The notes below the pieces were generated by a model. It saw only the letters and a program-made list of their open reading frames with translations. It ran no database searches and had not been told where the DNA came from. A program made the translations under genes and the position numbers. From NCBI RefSeq assembly GCF_000981445.1, contig NC_027217.1:620001-684000 (forward strand): DNA of 64,000 nucleotides. The letters run 5' to 3'. This DNA comes from Babesia bigemina (lineage: Eukaryota). Positions 55,610 through 64,000 of the stretch are shown in pieces; within the stretch, counting starts at the first letter, position 1, and every line of letters begins with the position of its first letter.

Positions 55610-55700
55610 TTTGCAAAATACGACTGGCGCCGCGCGCACGCCAGTGTGCGGCTCACGCAAAACGCTATCGTGGTTACGGGTGGCAAGTTTACGTTCGTGT

Positions 55701-58493
55701 TCACTCCAGCAGCGTGAAAATTATGTCAGCGAGCTCACTGCTGCCCGTACGGACCTGCAGCTTCAGTATGCAGCCCTTCTGCGGACTGAGCTGCGCGGAG
55801 CCGCTAGGGTCGCCCTGGGCGACGGTCGCTTTCGCGAGGAAGTCCTCTTTGGAGAACAGCTTGCCGGACACGTTCAGCACGGCGATCCTTTCTACGGGGC
55901 CGGGGCACTGCGTCACGGAGCAGTTGCCAAAGAACCGCCGCAAACCCTGGACGGCCTCCTTGATGTCCTTGAACTGCAGCCCGAAGGTGGCGCACGACTC
56001 CAGCGACGCACCGGCGGTCCACGACCGCTCAAACTCGCCCTCATCCATCGGCCAACCGACGCAGTACAGCCCGACTCCCAGGTGCATGTCGTTGGCGCTG
56101 TAGCTCTCCCTGTAGCTCCGGGAGTCCTCGCTGCCGCTGCGGGCCTCGAAAGTGAGGTCTACCTTCACAGTGCCAAGCAGCAGCCCGAAGTGAGGCAGCC
56201 CGCTGGGGCCGCTTTGCATCGAGTTGCGCACGACCACGTAAGCGCTCTTCTTTTCCGATACCGTAAGCCGCGGTATCGGCACAAACGTCTGCACCTGCCA
56301 GATGGTGGCGTTCAGGCACTGCGAGTAGTCCACGCTGACAACCACGTCATCCAGAATCTGGTCAGACAGCGTGTTTCCGATAATGAACTCGAGCACCAGC
56401 CAGCCCTCGGACGAGTGGATCCTGGCCTCCACGCTGTAGTCCTCCTCCTCGTCGGTGAGGGGCAGGGTGGCGGAGCTGGCCGTGGGCGCGCCCTGAGGCA
56501 GGAGCTGCAAGATCTCGGGAGGCAGCACCACAGTCTCCCGCTCAGACACGCTGTCTTGTTCAAAGACGCCTAGGTCGTCCACACCAGCAGCGGAGGACAT
56601 GCGGTGCTTGGCATCCTGGGCGTCCGGCGCCGCGTCACCCGCGTCGGTGTCCATGTCAGCGTCGGCCATGCCCTCGTAGATTTCCTCATAGCCGCGCTTG
56701 TTTTGTATACAGTCTTGCAGTTTGGCGCAGAGGCCGCTGAGGTTTCCCTGCTCGGTGACGGAGTGGATGACGTCGCACAGCTCCTTGGCCGCCTCGGAAT
56801 TCTTGATCTTCGACTCGAATTCGTCGAAGCCCGCGTCGCCGTCGGTGCTGGCAGTGAGCGCGCCGTTGTTGAGGGTCACGCGGTCATCCACGAGCATCAG
56901 TGCGTACGTCAGGTTCACCCTCTCCCTGAGGTCGTCCTCCGGGTCCTTCAGGCACGGCAGCAGCAAAATGGACACAGAAGCCTTTAGCGCGGGGCACTCC
57001 CTGACGATGTTGTCCAGCGCCTCAATGCCAGCTGCGCGCACCGTGGCGTTTTCGAGCAGCAGCCTATTGTAAATGTACCTCACGTACTCCTCCGGCGCTT
57101 CGGCCTTCGGAACGTTGTCGCCCAGGAACTTGAGCACCTTCGCGTTGAGGTCGGGGAATTCGCAGTCCTCGATGAATTCGCACAGGTTCTTCAGACCCAG
57201 CTGCTGGGCGGCGGGGATGCGTTCCACGATGTACATGGTAGCGTCCGCCATCTCACGCTTGAAGTTGCTCTCGACCGCGTCCCTGAAGTTGGTGGCAAAG
57301 AACTTGAGCACAGTGGGGTGCTTGTCCGGGAACGAGACACAGAGCCTCTTCAGCGCCTTCGCCACGGCTAGTTTGAAGTCGCCGGAGAGCGAAGTGGCCT
57401 GCGCGAGCAGCCTCTCGATCGTGTCAGCACCGCCGGTCTGGAGCAACGTGAGCAGCGCGAGCGACGCGATGTCCTTGTTTTTCCGTTTAAGCATCTCCTC
57501 AACCTTTCCGTTCAGCACACTGACCAGCAGCGGGAGCGTCTGCGCAAGTTGGTAAATCTGCCTCATGGCAGCGAAAACCAGCGTGCGGTCTTTCGAGGCG
57601 AGCATCGTCTGAAGCTTGGTGATCACGTCACGCATGTCGAAGGCGAACCCCTGCATGCTACCGACAGTTTTGTAGTGCGAAAGCGCCAAAGAAACCACCG
57701 CCTTCAGCGCCTCTAGACTCACTGCCTCCGTGTTGCTCTTGATCCCCGATTTTATCACGTCGATGCACTCAGCCTCCATGATGCCGAAGTTGGCCGCGAC
57801 GAACCTTATGATGAAGCATTCGGTGGGGGGGCCCATCTTACCCTGCCTCAGAGTGGCCACAAGCTTCCTCAGCGACTGACGGTCGTTGAGACGAGCGAGG
57901 AACATCATCAGCGTGCCGTGGAACTGCACCATCTGGTTAGAGTTAGTCAGGCACGTGGCGGCCTCGCCGACCCACCGACGGATCATCTGCTGCATCTGCG
58001 GGAACACACGTATGCAGAACAGGATGGCAGACGAACACACATACGAATCCTTGTCGACCAGCGACGACTTTATGTACCGCTCGATCTGCGATGCCATGTT
58101 GCTCTTCACGATGAGACACATGGCCCTGATGGCGTTGGCGCGGTAAATGAGGTTCGGGGAGTTTATGTCCTTCGTCAGCGAGCTTGTGACGATGAAGATC
58201 TCCGTTTCGTTGACGTGGATCGACTTGATGAGCAAGTAGACCAGGCGACGGAGCCGCTCGTCGTTGGACTCGAACAGCCTGGTCGCACCGAAGAACACGT
58301 CGGTTGTTTCCGACTCCGTGAGCGGGTCGGAGCCATGGTTGATCACGCACAGTATTTTCGTCAGCGCTTCCACGCACTTCTTCGAGTTTATCGGCACCTT
58401 GGAGAAGACCTTGGCCTCTTGCAGGATTGCGTTCTTGTCGCAGGCGGCGACGCTCATAGGCTGGTCCGCACGGGGGTATGCCTCCACTCCCAT
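55701..58493 (-). CDS. COPG: Coatomer subunit gamma
   Basis: DKNAILQEAKVF, FFGATRLF, IVTSSLTKD, LCEFIEDCEF and YVRYIYNRLLLENATVRA. Confidence 0.96.
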   Translation of the reverse strand: MGVEAYPRADQPMSVAACDKNAILQEAKVFSKVPINSKKCVEALTKILCVINHGSDPLTESETTDVFFGATRLFESNDERLRRLVYLLIKSIHVNETEIFIVTSSLTKDINSPNLIYRANAIRAMCLIVKSNMASQIERYIKSSLVDKDSYVCSSAILFCIRVFPQMQQMIRRWVGEAATCLTNSNQMVQFHGTLMMFLARLNDRQSLRKLVATLRQGKMGPPTECFIIRFVAANFGIMEAECIDVIKSGIKSNTEAVSLEALKAVVSLALSHYKTVGSMQGFAFDMRDVITKLQTMLASKDRTLVFAAMRQIYQLAQTLPLLVSVLNGKVEEMLKRKNKDIASLALLTLLQTGGADTIERLLAQATSLSGDFKLAVAKALKRLCVSFPDKHPTVLKFFATNFRDAVESNFKREMADATMYIVERIPAAQQLGLKNLCEFIEDCEFPDLNAKVLKFLGDNVPKAEAPEEYVRYIYNRLLLENATVRAAGIEALDNIVRECPALKASVSILLLPCLKDPEDDLRERVNLTYALMLVDDRVTLNNGALTASTDGDAGFDEFESKIKNSEAAKELCDVIHSVTEQGNLSGLCAKLQDCIQNKRGYEEIYEGMADADMDTDAGDAAPDAQDAKHRMSSAAGVDDLGVFEQDSVSERETVVLPPEILQLLPQGAPTASSATLPLTDEEEDYSVEARIHSSEGWLVLEFIIGNTLSDQILDDVVVSVDYSQCLNATIWQVQTFVPIPRLTVSEKKSAYVVVRNSMQSGPSGLPHFGLLLGTVKVDLTFEARSGSEDSRSYRESYSANDMHLGVGLYCVGWPMDEGEFERSWTAGASLESCATFGLQFKDIKEAVQGLRRFFGNCSVTQCPGPVERIAVLNVSGKLFSKEDFLAKATVAQGDPSGSAQLSPQKGCILKLQVRTGSSELADIIFTLLE

Positions 58494-59007
58494 TTTTACA
58501 GTCTGAGTTACCTCGTGACACACCGCGCGGCGTAGCGATTTCCTCGGCAACTGCTGCTCGAACGCGTCCTTCAGCGCTCCTACGCGCGGATGCACCGGCG
58601 CTCGCTGCTGCTCTTACTGGCGTGCGCTGGGAGCCTTTTGCTAAGCAGTCAGGTCGAGGTCTAGCCCCGTCGCATCGCTGCTTTTGGAGTGATGCGTCAC
58701 CGATCCCGCCCAGAGCGCGTCCCGGGCCCCCTCCTACACAGTGCAGCCTGCGTCACCACACGATGGCGTCAGTAAGATTAGGTACATGTTTACCGTACAC
58801 ACCGGATAGGAGCACGGCTTCCACGAGTTATCGTCTGCCTAGTGTCAGATTGAACAGCGACGTGGGCCTCGACGGCGAGTCGCGCCAGGCCGATCATAAA
58901 GTGCGCCTTTATGGGCTTGTGGTTGAAATCTGGCGCTGTTGAATCGCAGGTCGTGTGTAGATTCAACACGTGGCGCTAGCGCCGCGCCAGCGGCCTCCGC
59001 GCGGATG

Positions 59008-59392
59008 TCAGACGACCGACATCAGATGCTTGGACACGTCGACCATCTTCTTACCGCACATATGGCACCTGCCCTGCTTGTAGGCGCTGCGTACGACGTA
59101 AACGCGGTTACGCGCACGCCACTTACCACACGTTGCAGTACTTGCCTTTGATGTGTAGGAAGGCCTTGCAGTTCTTGCACTGGTCCTTGTTCGGCTCCAC
59201 CCTGCGCAATCTCGCGCATCACCCGGCAAACTCACTTGTCCTTTTTTATGCGCTTCTCAACCAGCTTGTTCACGCCCACGGCGCAACGGTTGCCTGCGCT
59301 CAATGTCGGCGACACCGGCCGTGCCTACCGTCGCGCTTCGTGTCCGGGGTGGCGAGCTTACAAAGCTTCTTTTCGCATTTAGCACACGGCAT
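59008..59392 (-). CDS. CRIPT: CRIPT cysteine-rich PDZ-binding protein homolog, 4 exons
   Basis: MPCAKCEKKLCKLATPD...VGVNKL...CKNCKAFLHIKGKYCNVCAYKQGRCHMCGKKMVD. Confidence 0.92.
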
Positions 59393-59503
59393 TGTGCTGT
59401 GAAATGTGTTAGTGGACGTTTTCTGTGCGCGTGGGATCACGGGCTGGCCCTGCGTTGGCCTCCTTCCGGGCGACGGCGTGCCGACCGAGCCGTGTGGCGG
59501 TAT

Positions 59504-61743
59504 TCAGTCGAAGAGCGGGTTGGAGGCGACGACCCGGCGGGTTGTGTCACGCGCGCGCTGCGGCTGCGGTGTTATGTACTGCGCCTTGGGCAAGTGATGG
59601 GCAGTGGTGATGGCGGGCTCGGGCAACTGCTGCGCCGCGGGACGACGCTGCACGTCCGCAGGACACGGAGGAGGGCTTCCAGGTTGTTGAGCCTTGATGC
59701 TGAACGCCTTCAAATCGTTGTCGAAGGTCTCGTCGAACAGGTCGACGTCCCTTTGCGCCACAGAAAAGTCACGCTGCATTAGTGACATGGCGCGATTCAG
59801 CACGTCGAGCTGTTCCCGCATGAGCTCACGGTCACGCGCGATGTGCGGCGGCTCGCCGAACATGGCCTCCAGATCCTCCTGCTTCTGCTGGGTCAGCGCA
59901 GTGTAAATTTTGTACTGCATGTTTTGCTGCACCTTTCTCACGAGGAAGTGGCCAATTATCTTCGGCACCGAATCGCGCATGTTCCGAAGCACGATGGCGA
60001 AATACACGTTAAGCCGGCGCCGGATTTCCTGGATGAACTGCGAACTGTATCTACGTTTCTTGCCCTGAGCGGCGTCCCAGACACCGCTCAGCGCCTTGCC
60101 GGTCGCTTGAGTTAGCTGCGCGGCCTTTTCAGCGACGTAGTTCGTGGATTTGCCAGCATCCACCTTCTCGTCGGCCTTGTCAACCATATACTGCCCGTCG
60201 TTTGTGAAAATGTACAAAGTTTCGCTCTCCACGTACTTCTCCAAAAAACCACGGGACTTCTCAGTCTCCTCGGTGAAGATGTTCTGCGATAGGGCGAGTA
60301 CCTTCTCGCACAGCAGCGGAAACCTCGCGAAGATGCGCTGCGACACCTTCATGGCCAGCAGGTCCAGCGTCTGCTGCACGCGCTCCAGGCACTCGATGGA
60401 TGGAGGCACCAATTTCTGCAGCTGGGGCAGTATCAGGTACTCGAACGTGTCTGGACTGGGGAAGCCGGGCAGGCTGTCACCCTCGTGCATCTGAATGGCC
60501 TGGTCAATTTCAAAGTCAGACAGCTGGTCGAACACCTTCTGCGAAAGGAATGGCTCAAGCAGCTCGTTGAAAATTGTCCTAATCTGCACGCCAGTCACGG
60601 CGTCCTTGTCGACGAAGTCGTGCAGGCGGCTGACGTATCTGCCCCTGATTATCCCGCCGAAGACCTCGCAGAAGTCAGTAGTCAGCTGCCAAAGCAGGTG
60701 CACGCGTTCAGCTGCATCCGACGGCGCGGAGGCGCCCAACGCTTCTAACCTCGCGGTCGTGTTTTTGATGCGGTTGGAGATTTCCGCCTTGAGGTCCGGC
60801 AGCACCGTGCTGATGTGCCTGTACAGCACCTTCGTCAGCTTGTCGACCAGCGATGGGATACCCCATAGACTGGGCTTTATATGCTTGTATACACTGTGCT
60901 CCGAGAAGTACTGCCGCTCCAGCTCAAGCGCCTGTTTTATCGTGACACCTTCTGCGATATCCTTTTGAGACCGGTTTTTGACACCCGTGTAGCCCAGCCT
61001 CAGAGGCACTTCGTCATTTTGTAGCATGGCCACGGCGTCCGCGCCGCGGTCCATCAGGTCGATTTTCGTGATCACGCCCAAAGTACGCACGCCAAGCGGG
61101 TCTGCGCGCCTCGCAAGCTGCAGCGCGTCGCTGGTGGACATGTCGACGTTGGCGGCCACCACCGCAAGAATTATCGTCCGCGGGTCGCGCGCGTAACGCA
61201 TTATCATGTCCTTAGTCAGAGCCTCTATGTCGTCGGTCTGGTCGCTGTTCTTGAGCGGGACACGCGTCACACCGGGCAGGTCGATGAGCGAGAGGTCCGG
61301 GCAGTCCGGGGAAAAGACGGAGAGCACAATCGGGTCATCGATGATGCCCTTGTTGACACCAGCCTTCTCGTTAGTCAGCTCTTGTATGTGTTGCCTCGCT
61401 TTCTCAAAATCGTAGAACTTCTCACTATTGCCCTCAAAGATTATGTAGGGTCGAAGGTCGGCTTCCCCGTCCTTGCCGGTCAGCCTACTAAGGCGGAATT
61501 CCACGGGGCGACGCGTCACAATACCGTCGCCCCTGGGGAGGAAGTCGATTCCCACGATGCTCTCGAGCACACTGCTCTTACCGCTGCTCTGGGTGCCGGC
61601 AACGCATATCCGTGGCAAGTTGATGTACTTGTGCAGTCCGATGTCCCGCAGTTTGTCCTGTGCAACGTGGCTGATCCAAAAACGAAACCACTTACGATCA
61701 GGTTGACCAACTGCCGAAGGCTGGTGCCGGTATGGTCGTCCAT
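59504..61743 (-). CDS. Dynamin-related GTPase (apicomplexan DrpB/DYN1-like), 2 exons
   Basis: LRDIGLHKYINLPRICVAGTQSSGKSSVLESIVG, LIDLPG, TKIDLMD, and a GED with MRDSVPK; no PH domain. Confidence 0.93.
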
Positions 61744-62112
61744 TTTCTCTCCTGGTAGTCGTTGCAGTCGCACGGCCTTACACACCTCCCGCTAGGGAAG
61801 CACGTCGCGGCAAAGTCCTGCCAGCTAAGTAGCCCCTGTACTCTTGTCTAAGTGGTGGGATATGCGTTTTTAGTTGCGTCTGAGACTGTCATGGTGGCGC
61901 TTTACGGGTTAACACCGGCGATGGATGGGGGATAATCCGGCACACGTGACGACAGGAGCTAGGCGTTCACACCTGTGAGTCCAGCAGTAAAGTGCCATAT
62001 CCGGTAGGACGGGTATGTGTGTATGTTTTCTTTTGTTTGTATTTCGACTGCGCCTGGATCAACGAAGGATTCATAGAGTGAATGCAACATCAAGTGTCTA
62101 CGGCGGCTGAAA

Positions 62113-63111
62113 ATGGCACCGTACGGCGCATCTTCCACAGACGCGTCGCGCCAGAATCTGTCTTATAAGCGCTACAGAAGCAGGAGCCGTTCGCGTACGC
62201 GCGACTCGCCAGACGCTGCTCCTTCTAGGCCAAGGCGCGAAGATTCTGCCAAGGCGCCTCTGGCTACTCGCACTGGGGGGAAACACCCAGGCAGCTCTCA
62301 ATCTCCCGTTGCAACAAAGCCTGACGGTGCTTCAAATGCGGAATGTAACCCCAACGCTGGCGATGACGGCAGCCGAGGAAATAGGTCCACACTGCCTTAC
62401 ATCTACCAACAACGCGAGTTCATCCGCATATGCACGGATTTGATTCGGAAGTGCGAATGTGAATCTGAGTTGAAGTCGTTCCTGTCGTCGCTCGATAATG
62501 GAGCTTCTGTGGACTTAGGTCGTTACGGTGATGCGCATGTGCGCAAGAAGTTCCGCCATCTGGCCCGAGCGCTGTATCTACATCGCTCCGAATCGACTGT
62601 CAGGAAGCCTCCCGAGTGCAACATCTCGTTGTTAGAGGCCCTGACGGAAAAGCTGCCGTACATACGCCAAAAGGCACAAGCGCAGGGCCCATACGTACGC
62701 CACAGCCGCCCTGCGGAGAGCTCGGAGCCGTCTGAAAACAATGCCAGTGACATGTCGCAATCTAACACGACAGATCCCTCCGATCGAGAACTACTAAGCC
62801 TTCGCGAAATGCACGAACAAGGTTTTTTCGTCGAATATGAGGCCTTGCAAAAGGAATTCGCAGATCGCCACGCTTCTCATGACGTTTGGGGCAAAACTCC
62901 GCAAGAGCAGCTGGCAATTATGCGCGAAAAGGAGTCTGCCTCCAAATCGTCGGATGCTGAAAACTCGCAACCGTGGAAGGTGTTCGACCGCGAAAAGGAA
63001 ATTGTATCAGGCTCTAAGATCGATGACAAAGGATACGCACATCTTTTGCAGTCTGGCAAAAATTTGGGGGAAATATTTGGACCAGGGCAAACACACTCTT
63101 CATTTGTCTGA
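62113..63111 (+). CDS. Hypothetical protein, 332 aa, RS-rich N-terminus and DUF3752/GPALPP1-like C-terminus
   Basis: SLREMH...VFDREKEI...LGEIFGPG...SSFV resembles the DUF3752 terminal pattern. Confidence 0.65.
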   Translation: MAPYGASSTDASRQNLSYKRYRSRSRSRTRDSPDAAPSRPRREDSAKAPLATRTGGKHPGSSQSPVATKPDGASNAECNPNAGDDGSRGNRSTLPYIYQQREFIRICTDLIRKCECESELKSFLSSLDNGASVDLGRYGDAHVRKKFRHLARALYLHRSESTVRKPPECNISLLEALTEKLPYIRQKAQAQGPYVRHSRPAESSEPSENNASDMSQSNTTDPSDRELLSLREMHEQGFFVEYEALQKEFADRHASHDVWGKTPQEQLAIMREKESASKSSDAENSQPWKVFDREKEIVSGSKIDDKGYAHLLQSGKNLGEIFGPGQTHSSFV

Positions 63112-63316
63112 CGTGCAGTGCATTGGTCGTGGTTCTATTGCCGGGGTGTCTAAGGGCTGGGGTTGGCGAAACTGGCGGAAATGCACTCTGGCTCATGTCT
63201 GTATACACAATATATGCGTATTTCTTGTATTGTCGGCGGTGCTGCGGCCAATAGCGCCGTCAGCGTGTAGTAACTCCTTTTAGGCTGACACGTGTGTGTC
63301 GGCAGCTGTCATCGCA

Positions 63317-64000
63317 ATGAGCGGCCCTGAGGAGCGCAATCTCAGCGAATTTTACGCCTTGGGCATCGAAGGAAGTGCCAACAAGCTTGGTATAGCTGTT
63401 GTGCGTGGAGACGGGGTGCTCTTGTCTAACATAAGAAAGACATACTCGCCTCCGGATGGCGAAGGATTCCTTCCGCGGCACGTCGCCCGGCACCACCGGG
63501 AAAATATGGCAGCCACGTTGAAAGAGTCTCTTTCAACTGCAGGGATCGACATATCGCAGATTTCTTTGATTTGTTACACCCGAGGACCTGGAATGGGTTC
63601 AGCGCTACACGTCGGCGCCGTTGCTGCAAAAACTGTGCACCTCCTGACAGGTGCGCCGATAGTTCCTGTCAATCATTGCGTCGGCCATGTGGAGATGGGC
63701 CGGTTTCTGAGCGGCTACAAATACCCCGTAGTACTGTACGTATCGGGGGGCAATACGCAGGTGTTATCCTTTGATCGTCAGCGGCAAGTTTACGCAGTGC
63801 TGGGAGAGACACTGGATATAGCTGCCGGAAACGTGCTAGATAGGTTGGCACGGCTGCTGGGGCTTCCGAATAAACCGTCGCCAGGCCTCTCCATTGAGCT
63901 CGCTGCTCGTGTACCGGGGGCGCGCATGATACCACTGCCTTTTGTGGTGAAGGGCATGGATTGTTCACTTAGCGGACTTTTGACTCGGTGCGAACAGCTG
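63317..64000 (+). CDS. KAE1: Kae1/OSGEP tRNA threonylcarbamoyltransferase, 5' part (runs off the window)
   Basis: Manual translation: ALGIEGSANKLG, GEGFLPRHVARHH, YTRGPGMG, VNHCVGHVEMG, LYVSGGNTQ, GETLDIAAGNVLDR. Absent from the ORF track because there is no stop inside the window. Confidence 0.96.
   Translation, partial: MSGPEERNLSEFYALGIEGSANKLGIAVVRGDGVLLSNIRKTYSPPDGEGFLPRHVARHHRENMAATLKESLSTAGIDISQISLICYTRGPGMGSALHVGAVAAKTVHLLTGAPIVPVNHCVGHVEMGRFLSGYKYPVVLYVSGGNTQVLSFDRQRQVYAVLGETLDIAAGNVLDRLARLLGLPNKPSPGLSIELAARVPGARMIPLPFVVKGMDCSLSGLLTRCEQL

Overview
Eukaryotic, gene-dense window from a piroplasmid apicomplexan, most likely Babesia of the B. bigemina/B. ovata group (inferred from a ves-like gene, TRAP genes, mostly 33-45 nt GT-AG introns and GC-rich third codon positions). 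The left end (1-~6200) is lower-GC and holds the 5' part of a VESA-like gene, which the ORF track misses, and a GPI-anchored surface protein. The core is housekeeping genes: syntaxin-16, RPL13A, PI4K, ArgRS, SLBP, mitochondrial uL14, V-ATPase c, cyclin, proteasome beta subunit, SR protein, SPT16, RPS9, CDC73, DHHC, CCDC124, SEM1, gamma-COP, CRIPT, dynamin-related protein and Kae1. Positions 32-50.5 kb carry three TRAP-family adhesin genes. Two of them lie in a mosaic segmental duplication (TRAP + promoter + LSM2 + Nudix hydrolase + CDC73 5' stub) showing patchy near-identity suggestive of gene conversion, an N-terminal domain swap and a shared in-frame uORF. Several apparent hypothetical proteins resemble, by eye, divergent Med17, a mitochondrial Whirly-fold protein and an LSm10-like Sm protein; the last would pair with SLBP in a metazoan-style histone mRNA 3'-processing pathway. 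All family calls come from motif recognition by eye, not from database searches, and exon boundaries are inferred manually.
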